This document shows, piece after piece, positions 19,226-29,667 of a stretch of DNA of 64,000 bases (position 1 is the stretch's first letter; each line of letters begins with the position of its first letter). The translations under genes were made by a program, and so were the position numbers. The notes under the pieces are model-generated. The model was given only the letters and a program-made list of their open reading frames with translations, made no database searches and was not told the origin of the DNA. The stretch comes from Parcubacteria group bacterium (GTDB lineage: Bacteria > Patescibacteriota > Minisyncoccia > Phycocordibacterales > CALRBT01), in NCBI GenBank assembly GCA_943354475.1, contig CALRBT010000003.1, positions 1,208-65,207 of the forward strand. Reading direction: 5' to 3'.

Positions 19226-21112
19226 TTATTTATTCTCCTCAGTTTTTTCAGCGCCTTCGTCAGTATCAGTCTTAACCCCTTCTTCTGTTGGTTTTGGAGC
19301 TTCCGTATCAGTATGCTTACTCATTGCTTCACCAATTTTTGAGAGGTGAGTCGATAACTCATCAGTAGCACCCTTAAGTGTTTCAAGATTTTCACCATCT
19401 TTTACTTTCTTAACTTCAGCAATTTTACTCTCAACATCACTTTTGAGTGTTTGGTCAATCTTGTCACCATTATCCTTGAGTGCCTTCTCAGCAGTATAAA
19501 TGAGTTGTTCAGCACTATTACGTGCATCAATCATTTCTTTTTTCTTACGATCCTCCTCCTCATGGGCTTGAGCATCCTGAGTCATTCGCTTGATGTCATC
19601 ATCAGTAAGTCCTGAACTTGCCTCGATACGGATTGATTGCTCTTTGTTGGTTGTCTTATCCTTAGCTTTCACATTAAGGATTCCACTGGCATCAATATCA
19701 AAGGTTACTTCAACCTGTGGCATGCCACGAGGTGCTGGTGGGATTCCGTCGAGCATAAATTGACCGAGGCTCTTGTTATCTGACGCCATTGCTCGTTCAC
19801 CCTGTACGATATGAATTTGTACGGTGGTTTGATTATCCGATGCGGTTGAGAAAACCTGAGATCGTGATGTTGGAATAGTTGTATTTTTCTCAACGAGTTT
19901 AGTTGCCACACCTCCCATAGTTTCGATACCGAGAGAAAGTGGAATCACATCAAGGAGAAGGACGTCTTTGACATCTCCTCCGAGGATTCCACCCTGGATT
20001 GCGGCACCGAGCGCCACCACTTCATCTGGATTAATCGTTCGATTTGGTTCTTTATTGAAGAGCGCTTTAACCTTCTCTTGAATCTTTGGCATACGGGTCT
20101 GCCCTCCAACAAGGAGTATCTCGTTGATATCTTCGATCTTGTAGGGAGAGGCGGCCATTGCACGTTTGGTGATTTCAATTGAACGGTCAATATACTCAGA
20201 AGCAAGGTCTTCAAGGGTGGCACGAGTCATTTTAATCAAGAGGTGCTTAGGACCCGCCGCGTCTGAAGTGATGAATGGGATATTAATCTCAGTCTCCGTG
20301 GTTGTTGAAAGCTCGTGTTTTGCTTTTTCAGCCGCCTCATCGAGTCGCTGAAGTGCCAATGCATCATTGGTTACATCAATACCACTCTGTTTTTTAAATT
20401 CATCCGCAATCCAGCGAATGATTTTCTGATCGATGTCTTTACCTCCAAGATGACTATCACCATCAGTTGCCTTTACTTCAATGACTCCATCACCAACCTC
20501 TATAATAGAAATATCGAATGTACCGCCACCAAAATCGTAGACGACAATCTTTTCATCTTTCTTCTTGTTGAATCCATAAGCGAGTGCAGCCGCTGTTGGT
20601 TCGTTAATGATACGCCTCACATTGAGTCCTGCAATTTTACCCGCGTCTTCAGTTGCTTTACGCTGTGAATCGTTGAAGTAAGCAGGAACTGTAATCACTG
20701 CCTCAGTAATCTTCTCTCCTATTTTTGCCTCAGCGTCTGCCTTAAGTTTCTGGAGAATCATTGCTGAGATTTCTTCTGGACGGAAAAACTTGTCACCCAT
20801 TTTTACCTCGACCCCACCGGTTTCAGATTTCTTCATTTCGTAAGGAACAATCTTGCTCTCTTTTTGAATCTCCGCATCATCGAACGCATGACCAATGAAT
20901 CGCTTAATGCCAAAGATAGTGTTCTTTGGATTTGTTACCGCTTGTCGTTTTGCCAAAAGTCCAACAGTACGCTCATTATTTTTTGAAAGGGCGAGAATCG
21001 AAGGGGTTGTACGTGCACCCTCTGCGTTTTCAATAATTTTTGGTTCGCCAACTTCCATGATTGCCACTGCAGAGTTGGTCGTACCGAGATCAATTCCTAG
21101 AATTTTTGTCAT
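19226..21112 (-). CDS. dnaK: Chaperone DnaK (Hsp70)
   Basis: [16 protein letters not shown], Hsp70 signatures throughout; 628 aa. Confidence 0.97.
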   Translation of the reverse strand: MTKILGIDLGTTNSAVAIMEVGEPKIIENAEGARTTPSILALSKNNERTVGLLAKRQAVTNPKNTIFGIKRFIGHAFDDAEIQKESKIVPYEMKKSETGGVEVKMGDKFFRPEEISAMILQKLKADAEAKIGEKITEAVITVPAYFNDSQRKATEDAGKIAGLNVRRIINEPTAAALAYGFNKKKDEKIVVYDFGGGTFDISIIEVGDGVIEVKATDGDSHLGGKDIDQKIIRWIADEFKKQSGIDVTNDALALQRLDEAAEKAKHELSTTTETEINIPFITSDAAGPKHLLIKMTRATLEDLASEYIDRSIEITKRAMAASPYKIEDINEILLVGGQTRMPKIQEKVKALFNKEPNRTINPDEVVALGAAIQGGILGGDVKDVLLLDVIPLSLGIETMGGVATKLVEKNTTIPTSRSQVFSTASDNQTTVQIHIVQGERAMASDNKSLGQFMLDGIPPAPRGMPQVEVTFDIDASGILNVKAKDKTTNKEQSIRIEASSGLTDDDIKRMTQDAQAHEEEDRKKKEMIDARNSAEQLIYTAEKALKDNGDKIDQTLKSDVESKIAEVKKVKDGENLETLKGATDELSTHLSKIGEAMSKHTDTEAPKPTEEGVKTDTDEGAEKTEENK

Positions 21113-21163
21113 AGTTGTTTTTGATTACTGTTATAAATTTTTACTTTGTGTGAAAAATAAATC

Positions 21164-21736
21164 TTATGATTCTGTACTATACACTGCTACCTGCGCAGGG
21201 CGCAATACTTTTTCATTAAAGAGGTATCCCCTTTGAAATACCTGTGCGACTTTATGGTCAAGACTTGAGTCTGAAGTTTGTGTACTGACTACTGCTTCGT
21301 GTATTCGTGGATCAAATTTTTCTCCAACCTGAGGGTCGATAGATTTTAATCCATTTTTTGTCAAAATTCCTTGAAGTTGTGCGTGAATTGAGGTGACCCC
21401 CTCTCTCCATTCCTTTACAACACTTTCCCAAAGCCCTTTATTACTAAAGGCCAGTTCAAAACTGGTAAGAACAGGAATCAAATCTTCGAGAAGTTTTTCC
21501 TTTGCATACAGGAGGAAGGATTCACGCGCTTCTTCATCCCGTTTTCGCAGATTTACAAACTCAGCCTTGTCTCGTTGCCAATTCTCTAAATAAGATTGCT
21601 TCTCAGCAACAGCTATTTTTAATTTTTCTCGCAACTTTTTGACAGAGCTTGGAGTCAACTCTTCCTCTTCTTCAAAGCTGACATCGTCAGTTTCTATTTC
21701 TTCAGGTTTTTTTAAGGGTTCGTCTTGGTCGTGCAT
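21164..21736 (-). CDS. grpE: Nucleotide exchange factor GrpE
   Basis: Acidic N-terminus, coiled-coil and C-terminal GrpE beta domain; position upstream of dnaK. Confidence 0.85.
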   Translation of the reverse strand: MHDQDEPLKKPEEIETDDVSFEEEEELTPSSVKKLREKLKIAVAEKQSYLENWQRDKAEFVNLRKRDEEARESFLLYAKEKLLEDLIPVLTSFELAFSNKGLWESVVKEWREGVTSIHAQLQGILTKNGLKSIDPQVGEKFDPRIHEAVVSTQTSDSSLDHKVAQVFQRGYLFNEKVLRPAQVAVYSTES

Positions 21737-21749
21737 AGTAGTTTATTAA

Positions 21750-21779
21750 ATATATTATGCAGTATGAAATTCAAATAAC
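21750..21779 (-). promoter_or_regulatory. Putative sigma70-like promoter of the grpE-dnaK-dnaJ operon (TTGTTA-18-TAATAT on minus strand)
   Basis: Minus-strand TTGTTA (~21774-21779) and TAATAT (~21750-21755) with 18-nt spacer, ~14 nt upstream of grpE ATG; no CIRCE element seen. Confidence 0.35.
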
Positions 21780-21911
21780 AACCTTCCTTGGATTCAAATT
21801 TGGATGAAGTTCGAGGCGTGAGACTTGCGCACGACCAAGGTGTAGATTTACTACTCTGCGGGAGCGGGCAAGGCGAAACAACAAAGAAATTCACCAAATT
21901 TTAAATCAAGG

Positions 21912-22331
21912 CTATCGTTTGGACCACTGTGGGGCCTTACGAGCCTTCTTCAATCCGAATTTACGTCGTTCTTTTGCCCTCGGGTCACGCTTGAGAAATC
22001 CTGCTTTCTTGATTGGTGTTCTTAGTTCACTATCATCAATCACAAGTGCCCTAGAGATTGCCATGCGAAGCGCTTCGGCCTGTGCGTGAATTCCACCGCC
22101 TTTAATGTGAGCTGAGATTGCAAACTTCTTTGATGAAAAATTCTTATTGATTGCTTCAAGTGCAATTTGTTGTAAGTCGTCAGTTGGAAAATAAGAAGCT
22201 AAGTCTCTATCGTTAATAACAATGGCACTCTTGGTACCAGCTGTAATACGAGCCCTACAAACAGCCGTCTTTCGACGTCCAACCGCTTCAATGTATCCCC
22301 CTTTGATTGTTTTTGTTGTTTCTTCTGACAT
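21912..22331 (-). CDS. rpsI: 30S ribosomal protein S9
   Basis: C-terminal ...KKARKAPQWSKR signature, 139 aa. Confidence 0.95.
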   Translation of the reverse strand: MSEETTKTIKGGYIEAVGRRKTAVCRARITAGTKSAIVINDRDLASYFPTDDLQQIALEAINKNFSSKKFAISAHIKGGGIHAQAEALRMAISRALVIDDSELRTPIKKAGFLKRDPRAKERRKFGLKKARKAPQWSKR

Positions 22332-22342
22332 ATATCTAGTTA

Positions 22343-22687
22343 CTATTCAGCAATTGTTAACCGCTTCATTGTCTTGGCGCGTAGTCGGTTTCCAGGGACC
22401 ATACCATAAATCGCAATTTTTAGTAGTTCACTGTAACCTTTTTTCTCAATCATCTTTGGCATTGAAATTATTTTCAGTCCACTAGGGTATCCTGAGAAGT
22501 TCTGATACTCTTTTTGTTCCATTTTTCGTAAATCAATTGAAAGCTTTGAAGCATTTTTGATTTCAACAGTGTCAGTTCCCTCCCTGTCTTTTCGATAGGT
22601 TGGACTATTTTTACCCATGAGAATAACTGCCGCTTCTGAAGCAACTCGTCCTAATTTTTTGTTTTCCGCGTCAATAATATGCTTCAT
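22343..22687 (-). CDS. rplM: 50S ribosomal protein L13
   Basis: L13 N-terminal block (KKLGRVASEAAVILMGK), gene order upstream of rpsI. Confidence 0.9.
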   Translation of the reverse strand: MKHIIDAENKKLGRVASEAAVILMGKNSPTYRKDREGTDTVEIKNASKLSIDLRKMEQKEYQNFSGYPSGLKIISMPKMIEKKGYSELLKIAIYGMVPGNRLRAKTMKRLTIAE

Positions 22688-22695
22688 AAGTTTTA

Positions 22696-23052
22696 TTATA
22701 CAAATTCTATTCTAGCTTTCGCAGAGGCATCACTTAGTCTCGTTCCTGTTTTAATGATCCTCGTGTAGCCACCCTTTCTATCTTTAAAACGAGGACCTAG
22801 ATCATTTACCAATGTATTTACCGCACTCTCGTCAGTTGTACCAAGTGTGGCAGTCAACACACGGCGAGTCGTTAGGGTATTATCCTTGCTCTTAGTAATG
22901 AGTTTCTCAACATACGGCCGGATCTCCTTTGCTTTAGCGAGTGTTGTTTCTATTGCTCCGTGAACAATCAAAGAGCGTGCAAGAGATCGCAACAAGGCAA
23001 CTCTCCCCTTTCGAGGTCTTCCGAATATTCTGTTTGAATTGTGATGTCGCAT
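22696..23052 (-). CDS. rplQ: 50S ribosomal protein L17
   Basis: MRHHNSNR..., TTLAKAKEIRPYVEKLIT L17 signature; follows rpoA. Confidence 0.9.
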   Translation of the reverse strand: MRHHNSNRIFGRPRKGRVALLRSLARSLIVHGAIETTLAKAKEIRPYVEKLITKSKDNTLTTRRVLTATLGTTDESAVNTLVNDLGPRFKDRKGGYTRIIKTGTRLSDASAKARIEFV

Positions 23053-23072
23053 AAATCTTACTTATTCTCTAA

Positions 23073-24044
23073 TTATTTTAACGTAATACCGAAATTGCTG
23101 AGTGCGCGTTTAATCTCTTGAATACCTTTGTTTCCGAGTCCATCAATATCGAGTAGATCATCCTCTTTCTTTCGAGCAAGTCCGCCGATAGTTCGAATGT
23201 TGGCGTTTGCAAGAGCTGAGGCTGTTCGAGGAGAGAGTTCGAGGGATTCAATCCTTGTTTTAAGGAATTCAGCATCAAGCGTTTTCTTTACCTTACCAGT
23301 ACCCACAGAAGCCTCACTGTCCTCATCCTTATGCTCAGGAACCTGAGCAGTTTCCTTGAAGCCAATGATCCCCTTGAGTTGGTTAATCATAATCTCGATA
23401 GACTTTTCGAGTGCTTCGCGAGGAGTGATTGTACCATCTGTCTCAATAAATATCTTCAAACGATTGAAGTCTGTTCGGTCACCAACGCGCATGTTTTCAA
23501 CTTCATAGTTTACTCTTCGAATAGGAGTAAAGATAGCATCGAGTGAAATCATGCCGATATCAACGCGATCCTTGTGAAGTTCATCCTTTGCGACAAATCC
23601 AAGACCTTTTTCAAGAAGAAGTTCGACTTTAAGATCAGCACCTTTATCAGTAAGGGTCGCAAGTGGAAGCTCAGGATTGAGTACTTCAACCTGACCAGGG
23701 AGTTTAATATCTTTCGCGGTTACCGCCTTCGCCCCCTTAACTTCAAGGGTTACTGTTTGAGGTTCGTCGGAAAGGAGTTTGAAACGAACCTTCTTTAAGT
23801 GGAGTAAGAAAGTGATGACATCTTCTTTAACACCTGGAATTGTAGAAAATTCATGATTAACCCCTTCAATTTTAACTCCAACAATCGCAGCCCCTGGTAG
23901 CGAAGAGAGAATGATACGGCGTAGTGAGTTTCCTAGCGTATGACCATAGCCAGGGTAAAGCCCGTCAATTTCATACATACCGCTAAAGTCCTCCTCAAGG
24001 AGAATCTTTGGCTGAGATGGCAAATGGACATTGGTGTCTGTCAT
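23073..24044 (-). CDS. rpoA: DNA-directed RNA polymerase subunit alpha
   Basis: N-terminal dimerisation domain and C-terminal alphaCTD (helix-hairpin-helix) blocks; 323 aa. Confidence 0.95.
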   Translation of the reverse strand: MTDTNVHLPSQPKILLEEDFSGMYEIDGLYPGYGHTLGNSLRRIILSSLPGAAIVGVKIEGVNHEFSTIPGVKEDVITFLLHLKKVRFKLLSDEPQTVTLEVKGAKAVTAKDIKLPGQVEVLNPELPLATLTDKGADLKVELLLEKGLGFVAKDELHKDRVDIGMISLDAIFTPIRRVNYEVENMRVGDRTDFNRLKIFIETDGTITPREALEKSIEIMINQLKGIIGFKETAQVPEHKDEDSEASVGTGKVKKTLDAEFLKTRIESLELSPRTASALANANIRTIGGLARKKEDDLLDIDGLGNKGIQEIKRALSNFGITLK

Positions 24045-24129
24045 ATTTTTTATTATATTAAAAAGTTATCTATGAAAAAATATTATGCATTATTTTTAAA
24101 AATAATGCAAATTTAGCTCCTAAGAGGCG

Positions 24130-24744
24130 TTAGCGACTATAGAACTCAATCACTGACTGTAAATCAAGCGCTCCAGATTCCTCAATTGACTGCGGAGTTG
24201 AGATTATTTTAACCTCAGACTTCTTAGGGTCAACGGAAAGCCATGGTGCAATTGTTTTCTCCATCAATCGAGCTTCAAGTCCTTCAAAAAGCTTCTTGTT
24301 CTTGCTACCGATTCTGATTGCAATAACGTCATTTACTCCAAGTGCCATTGAGGGGATGGTCACTTTAGTACCGTTAACGAGGATGTGACCATGGGAAGCC
24401 ATTTGTCGTGCATTACCTCGACTAGCTGAAAGTCCAGACCTAAAAAGAATGTTATCGAGACGAGATTCGAGTTGCTGAAGAAGACCGAGGCTTGCGACCA
24501 CTTTTTTCTGCTCTACAGCTTTTCGAACGTAATTTGAAAACTGTTTCTCACTCAAGCGATACGTGAGGCGAACCTTTTGCTTTTCAATAAGCTGTGCACC
24601 AAATTGATTTTTGGCACCACCCATACGCTTATTGCTTTTTTCAGCACGTCTTGCGCTTCGCTCTTTGAATTTAGTCGTTTGCGTTTTCTCAAAAATAGGA
24701 GATCCTAAACGACGAGCTATTTTATATTTTGGTCCGATAATCAT
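24130..24744 (-). CDS. rpsD: 30S ribosomal protein S4
   Basis: S4 N-terminal domain and S4 RNA-binding domain (GLLQQLESRLDNILFRSG). Confidence 0.9.
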   Translation of the reverse strand: MIIGPKYKIARRLGSPIFEKTQTTKFKERSARRAEKSNKRMGGAKNQFGAQLIEKQKVRLTYRLSEKQFSNYVRKAVEQKKVVASLGLLQQLESRLDNILFRSGLSASRGNARQMASHGHILVNGTKVTIPSMALGVNDVIAIRIGSKNKKLFEGLEARLMEKTIAPWLSVDPKKSEVKIISTPQSIEESGALDLQSVIEFYSR

Positions 24745-24756
24745 AGGTTTATATTT

Positions 24757-25215
24757 TTATACTCGACGTGGCTTAGGTGGCTTTGGACCATTGTGTGGAA
24801 CAGGTGTCATATCCTTGATGGTAAGGATATTAACCCCTCGTGATACAAACGCCCTGATGGATGATTCACGACCTGAACCAACACCATTAACAACAACAGC
24901 AATGTCTTTTAGTCCGATTGCTTGAGCCTTATCTGCGAGGGTTTCGCCAACTTTTGCAGCAGCAAATGGGGTACCTTTCTTGGCACCTTTAAAACCAAGG
25001 GCTCCAGCTGAAGACCACATGATTGAGTTACCTTTCAAATCAGCAAGGAGAAGCTTGGTATTGTTGTACGTTGATTGTACATAGAGAACACCACTCTCAA
25101 GCTTTTTCTTGGATGATTTTGAAGAGGCTTTTGATTCACCAGCTCCAGACTCGTCTCCTTTTTTTACAATTCGTTTTTTTCCCATAAATTTTTTGCTTTG
25201 CCTAAACCCTAACAC
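24757..25215 (-). CDS. rpsK: 30S ribosomal protein S11 (true start probably the ATG at 25183-25185, MGKKRIV...)
   Basis: C-terminal IKDMTPVPHNGPKPPKPRRV S11 signature; N-terminal 10 aa of track ORF likely over-extension. Confidence 0.9.
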   Translation of the reverse strand: MLGFRQSKKFMGKKRIVKKGDESGAGESKASSKSSKKKLESGVLYVQSTYNNTKLLLADLKGNSIMWSSAGALGFKGAKKGTPFAAAKVGETLADKAQAIGLKDIAVVVNGVGSGRESSIRAFVSRGVNILTIKDMTPVPHNGPKPPKPRRV

Positions 25216-25225
25216 CTCCCATCTT

Positions 25226-25606
25226 CTATGTCTTCTCTACCTTCTTTCGACCTGATGCCATAGTCTTTCTTACGTTACCACGTCTTGTTCGTGAGTTTGT
25301 CTTGGTTCGCTGACCACGTACTGGAAGTCCTCGCATATGTCTTGTTCCTCGATATGCTTTGATGTCCTTAAGACGTTTGATATTTCCGGAAACTTCTCGT
25401 TTAAGCTCACCTTCTAATTTGAATTTTTCAACAAAACGTCTAATCTCATTCTCTTCATCTGGAGTAAGGTCTTTTGCCTTACGTCCTACATCAATCTTAC
25501 TATCCGCTAAAATCTTGAGTGCTCGTGGACGTCCTACGCCATAAATAGTCGTGAGTGCAATCTCAAGTCGTTTTGTATCTGGAATAGTAATGCCGGTAAT
25601 TCTCAT
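25226..25606 (-). CDS. rpsM: 30S ribosomal protein S13
   Basis: MRITGITIPDTKRLEIALTTIYGVGR S13 N-terminal signature. Confidence 0.9.
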   Translation of the reverse strand: MRITGITIPDTKRLEIALTTIYGVGRPRALKILADSKIDVGRKAKDLTPDEENEIRRFVEKFKLEGELKREVSGNIKRLKDIKAYRGTRHMRGLPVRGQRTKTNSRTRRGNVRKTMASGRKKVEKT

Positions 25607-25626
25607 GGAAAGTTAGATTTAGGTTT

Positions 25627-25740
25627 TTAGCCCTGTCGTTGTTTATGCTTTGGAATTTTACAAATAACATGAACACGCCCATTCCTTCGGAGCGATATAC
25701 ATGAGGAACATATTTTTTTAACTGATGCCTTAACTTTCAT
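25627..25740 (-). CDS. rpmJ: 50S ribosomal protein L36 (37 aa; absent from ORF track because shorter than its cutoff)
   Basis: Reverse-strand translation [37 protein letters not shown] matches L36 (MKVRASVKK..C..C...R.G...[11 protein letters not shown]); located between infA and rpsM as expected. Confidence 0.85.
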   Translation of the reverse strand: MKVKASVKKICSSCISLRRNGRVHVICKIPKHKQRQG

Positions 25741-25800
25741 ACTACAAATTTAAAGAATAGCCCACTTTTAATTTAGGCTTACTCTTTTGGTTAAACCACT

Positions 25801-26019
25801 TTACGTTGTTCGCTTAATGATTCTACCTTTTCCACCGTAGGGGTCAAGGGTAACTGACACTTTGTCACCCACCAAGACCCTAATTTTATGAAGACGCATC
25901 TTACCCGATAGATAGGCAAGGATAATGGATCCATCCTCAAGCTCAACTCGAAAGAGTGTGTTGGGGAGGGCTTCAATAACAATGCCATTTACGCTATTTG
26001 ATATAGGTGCAGTAGTCAC
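25801..26019 (-). CDS. infA: Translation initiation factor IF-1 (72 aa from in-frame GTG; track ORF over-extended to 26067)
   Basis: [30 protein letters not shown]...[20 protein letters not shown]1-like IF-1 signature; the upstream extension runs through the promoter -10 element. Confidence 0.85.
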   Translation of the reverse strand: MTTAPISNSVNGIVIEALPNTLFRVELEDGSIILAYLSGKMRLHKIRVLVGDKVSVTLDPYGGKGRIIKRTT

Positions 26020-26034
26020 AATTGGTGTTGGACC

Positions 26035-26064
26035 ATAATAGCAGAAAGCTAAGGTTTGTGTCAA
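26035..26064 (-). promoter_or_regulatory. Sigma70-like promoter of the infA-rpmJ-rpsM-rpsK-rpsD-rpoA-rplQ operon (TTGACA-18-TATTAT on minus strand)
   Basis: Minus-strand TTGACA (~26059-26064), 18-nt spacer, TATTAT (~26035-26040); infA GTG ~15 nt downstream of -10, implying a very short leader. Confidence 0.45.
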
Positions 26065-26113
26065 CAAAATAGGTTATATTTGCTACAAATAACAGTAAAT
26101 TGAAGCGATTTAG

Positions 26114-26139
26114 GGCGGTTACTTTTAAAGTAGCCGCCC
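26114..26139 (-). terminator. Hairpin (10-bp stem, one G-U) downstream of the 26161-26784 gene; possible terminator separating the accessory insert from the ribosomal-protein operon
   Basis: gggcggttac-ttttaaa-gtagccgccc, minus-strand 3' flank moderately U-rich. Confidence 0.35.
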
Positions 26140-26160
26140 ATTTGCCTTCGTCATATTTCC

Positions 26161-26784
26161 TCAGTAAGTCATTACAGTAGCCTTACGCTTTGCCTTTTCC
26201 TCAGCGTAAGCCAAAAACTCTCCAAGGTAAAAATGATCACGATGCCAATAACTTAACATCCTGTACAAATGTTTCTTGGCATATTTTTGTGTCGAAATAA
26301 GCTCTTGGGCTCTTTTAACTTCTCCTGCAAACAAACAGGCGTCAGCAAGCGTCAATGGGTGAACTTTCGCCATGGCCATATATTCTTCGGTCAGCACATA
26401 ACTATCCCAATCAATAGGACCTTGTGTTACGAGGTAGCGAAAAATATAAACCCGACCCGCAGGCTTAATCTTCAAGTCCCCGTCGAAATACACCTTCTTG
26501 AATTTTTGATAACTCTCTGAGTCCAACAAACCAAGCGGTCTCAGAAAGTATTCCACTAAGTAATAATGCTCATCGTAACGAAAGTTCACATGAGCAAGCT
26601 CTAAAGCCGCTTCAAAGGCAACCTGCCAAGCTTCGCTGTACCGAGGTATGGCTTTAACCTTAGTCATAAAATTCTGACAGGGAGTTCTCCTATGGTAGTC
26701 CGGTTGATTTGCGGTTGGTCCGAGTACCATTTCAGAAAAATTCGCCCGCCACTCTACAGCTGTCGTGCCCATGGTTCTCTCCAT
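26161..26784 (-). CDS. Hypothetical protein (207 aa), GC-enriched
   Basis: Intact ORF; no recognisable motif; local GC higher than flanks. Confidence 0.45.
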   Translation of the reverse strand: MERTMGTTAVEWRANFSEMVLGPTANQPDYHRRTPCQNFMTKVKAIPRYSEAWQVAFEAALELAHVNFRYDEHYYLVEYFLRPLGLLDSESYQKFKKVYFDGDLKIKPAGRVYIFRYLVTQGPIDWDSYVLTEEYMAMAKVHPLTLADACLFAGEVKRAQELISTQKYAKKHLYRMLSYWHRDHFYLGEFLAYAEEKAKRKATVMTY

Positions 26785-26832
26785 ATTTTTCTGGGGAAAG
26801 AATACCGTTGTAATTTAATAAGTCAATAGTTT

Positions 26833-28290
26833 TTACTTCTCAACTTGATTGATCACGATATCCTTTGGATCAGCTGGGAAAGATGTCTTCCATGCTGGGC
26901 TAAAATGAGGGGTAGCGGTGGAGATACTTGGGAAGTTTGGGAGAAGTGTGTAGAAGGCTTGACGAGGCTTCCCGAGTAGTGCTGTCTTTAATTTGTCTTC
27001 ATCAAAGATCCAGGTAATTTTAGTTTTACCAGTTAAGGTGAAGTTGAAACTTGAATCAATCCAGGGTCTCACTTGATCCTTATTTAAAATAGAAAATGTA
27101 ATCTCTTCTGGATTAAGAAGGGTGACAGGACTGTTATCAAATGGAGTGATGTTGGCTTCAGCAATATATTTTGCCAGAGCAGTCTTAGAGAAGACAATGC
27201 CATAGAGCGTTACCTTAGCTTTTACCTCGACCATATTCCCCGCCTCCAAGGAGGGTAACATTTCTGTTTCTGAGTAGATACTACTCTCATAGAGAAGTTG
27301 ATCGTCGATGAGGTCTTTTTTCACCTGTTCGGTAAGTTTTTTGATTGTACTTGCTTGTACTTCAGCCTGTGTTGATTTAAGAATGTCATCTGAGACAATC
27401 TTCTCAACCCCAATAAACCCACCAGTCATCGGTTCTGCAGAGCGTGCATAAAACTTGGTGTACCGAGAATCTCCTTTGAAGCCAGGAATAGTAAAGTCAC
27501 TGAGTGGGATGTTACCTTTTTCTCCAGGAGTATCTGCTGTAACGACAGCGGTAATGCTTCCTGGTACATCCTTACCGTCCACTGTTGTTTTGCCAGGAAC
27601 AGTAACTGAGTCTGAAATTCTAAAAATGAGTCCTGCAGGCGTTTCAAAACGTGTATTTCGAATCAAACGATGTGGTTTATTACTATAGAGATTGTAAATA
27701 ATAATCTTCCCAGTTGAAGCCCGTTCTACCTGTCTCTCTCCTGAGGGAGTAACCTTCTTTACCCCCTCTTCTGAGAGCGTAACGATAGTATAGGGAACGG
27801 CCATTGCTCCCCCATTTTTTTGAGCAACGAAAGATGATTGGTTAAGGGTAACGTCCTCCGAGAGTGTCGTTACATCGATACTAACGCGAGCAAAAGCAAG
27901 TGTCCAAACCAACAAAAACCCAATGACAATAACAATGAGACCTCCTGCAAACCAAATCTTTTTTTTCTTAGGGTGATCATTTCTCATATTATTATCAAAA
28001 TTACTATTCTCTGGAGTCCAAACGGGAGAAGGAGAGCTACTCTCTGGTATTTGATACTGCTCTGTCCAATCACTTTTCTTACTTCTTATACTAATTGAAC
28101 TTTGTACTCTATGCTTTGGAGGTTCGTCTGCTCCATAGAGTGATGCGACCGACGAACTTGCTGAAGTTTTTTTTGTTCGTGATGTTGGAGTGGAAACATT
28201 CAAACGTTTACTTTGAGTTCGATTGGGTAATTCAATGTCCCTAATCGACTTCCTATTGCTTGGTACCATATCTTCAAAAATTTTTTTCAT
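26833..28290 (-). CDS. Hypothetical bitopic membrane protein (485 aa) with Ser/Pro-rich N-terminal cytoplasmic region
   Basis: ~120-aa low-complexity N-terminus, single TM (WFAGGLIVIVIGFLLVWTLAFA), large extracytoplasmic domain. Confidence 0.45.
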   Translation of the reverse strand: MKKIFEDMVPSNRKSIRDIELPNRTQSKRLNVSTPTSRTKKTSASSSVASLYGADEPPKHRVQSSISIRSKKSDWTEQYQIPESSSPSPVWTPENSNFDNNMRNDHPKKKKIWFAGGLIVIVIGFLLVWTLAFARVSIDVTTLSEDVTLNQSSFVAQKNGGAMAVPYTIVTLSEEGVKKVTPSGERQVERASTGKIIIYNLYSNKPHRLIRNTRFETPAGLIFRISDSVTVPGKTTVDGKDVPGSITAVVTADTPGEKGNIPLSDFTIPGFKGDSRYTKFYARSAEPMTGGFIGVEKIVSDDILKSTQAEVQASTIKKLTEQVKKDLIDDQLLYESSIYSETEMLPSLEAGNMVEVKAKVTLYGIVFSKTALAKYIAEANITPFDNSPVTLLNPEEITFSILNKDQVRPWIDSSFNFTLTGKTKITWIFDEDKLKTALLGKPRQAFYTLLPNFPSISTATPHFSPAWKTSFPADPKDIVINQVEK

Positions 28291-28303
28291 ACGTATGTAT
28301 TAT

Positions 28304-29554
28304 TTAAGCAAGGGTTGGCATTAATCGATTGGACTTTGAGGTTTTCACTTTTTCAATAAAAGCCGCTTCCAGGCCAAGAAAGAGGTCTTGAGCGATATGT
28401 GGTGTGTAAGTACAGAATATATTCAAATTATTAGATTGCAGTGAGATTAAAGTAAACTTATCTGGATTCATTGCACTTGAACAAAAACTATCCTTACCCA
28501 TAAATGTAACAAATATTTGGTTTAAGTCATTACTTGTTGTGTGGAAAATTGTTTGAGGAAGTGGCAAATCGACAGACAAATTCTTTAGTAATTGTCCCAC
28601 CATAGTTACCCATTCTTTTTCTATATTCAACAAAGCTTCCTCTAGCTTAATTATTTTAGTGTCATGTAGTTCCTTCTTAAGATACAGTGACAGCTGGGAT
28701 ATCGCCTCTTCAGGAACAGTATTTAGTAAGTGGGAAATTTTTCTAATGAGAACGTTACTTCCAAAAGGGAAAGAAACTGTTTGGCTTAGTACACCAGATC
28801 GTATAATAGAAACGTCTGTTATTTCACCACCAAAGTCAAAAATGAGGTATTCTCGAATAGACGGATAGGTATCTCTGATAGATGAAAACATTGAGAGCGC
28901 AAAGGAGTGAAATTCCAATGCTTTTTCATGAAAAGTATCTGAGACAACTTTCGTTACTCTCTCCTTTACCTCTTTTGAAATCATACTTGTATAGAGTGCC
29001 AACTCTACTTTATTAGCAAGTTTTCCATGAGGATTTGTTGTCTCATAACCATTAAGCTTTATCTCAATGATTCTCTCTTCAATGAGTTCAGCATTATTTT
29101 CAATTTGAAGAGACTCCCTTGCCCTACTGGATGTTTTAAATTGTTCAGCAGATCTTTTTACTAAGTCATCTATAAACCGTCCACTAATGAGTAGTGGCTT
29201 TTCTTGATTTAGAGAAATCGTCTTTGTTTGTGAGATATACCAAGGTGAAGAAAAAACGCAGAAGACATCTTGGGCATCATTTGGATGAGACCCCACTGTC
29301 TTTAGTAGTTCGTGTCCATTTTTGGCGATATCATCAACAACCAAAGAGAGTGTCGCAATCATGACATTTAAAAACCGTTCAAAGTTGAGTTCTTGCTGAT
29401 ATGCCATTGGAATCCTTTTTGTGTAAAGAATACATGGCTCTAAATTTTCAGGGAACACGACCAATGCTCCAGCAATCGTTGAACTACCAATATCAAAAAT
29501 AAGGGAGTAGTGTGTAATATTATTTTTATTTTTTGATGGAGAAAAAAGAGACAT
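28304..29554 (-). CDS. Actin-like ATPase superfamily protein (FtsA/PilM-like)
   Basis: Phosphate-1 motif LIFDIGSSTIAGALV and phosphate-2 motif LIFDFGGEITDVSI typical of ASKHA ATPases; immediately upstream of a bitopic membrane protein. Confidence 0.5.
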   Translation of the reverse strand: MSLFSPSKNKNNITHYSLIFDIGSSTIAGALVVFPENLEPCILYTKRIPMAYQQELNFERFLNVMIATLSLVVDDIAKNGHELLKTVGSHPNDAQDVFCVFSSPWYISQTKTISLNQEKPLLISGRFIDDLVKRSAEQFKTSSRARESLQIENNAELIEERIIEIKLNGYETTNPHGKLANKVELALYTSMISKEVKERVTKVVSDTFHEKALEFHSFALSMFSSIRDTYPSIREYLIFDFGGEITDVSIIRSGVLSQTVSFPFGSNVLIRKISHLLNTVPEEAISQLSLYLKKELHDTKIIKLEEALLNIEKEWVTMVGQLLKNLSVDLPLPQTIFHTTSNDLNQIFVTFMGKDSFCSSAMNPDKFTLISLQSNNLNIFCTYTPHIAQDLFLGLEAAFIEKVKTSKSNRLMPTLA

Positions 29555-29667
29555 ACTCTTTTTATTATAAGTTTAATGAACATAGAACACAAGAATTAAT
29601 CAAGTGAGGAGAACGCTTAAGGAACGCAGCAGGACCCAACCTTGCGGTCGGGTCCTCTAACTTAATC

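Noticed and set aside
21737-21911. Looked for a CIRCE (TTAGCACTC-N9-GAGTGCTAA) HrcA operator upstream of grpE
   Set aside because: No match; only a sigma70-like promoter candidate is present, and no hrcA gene in the window.
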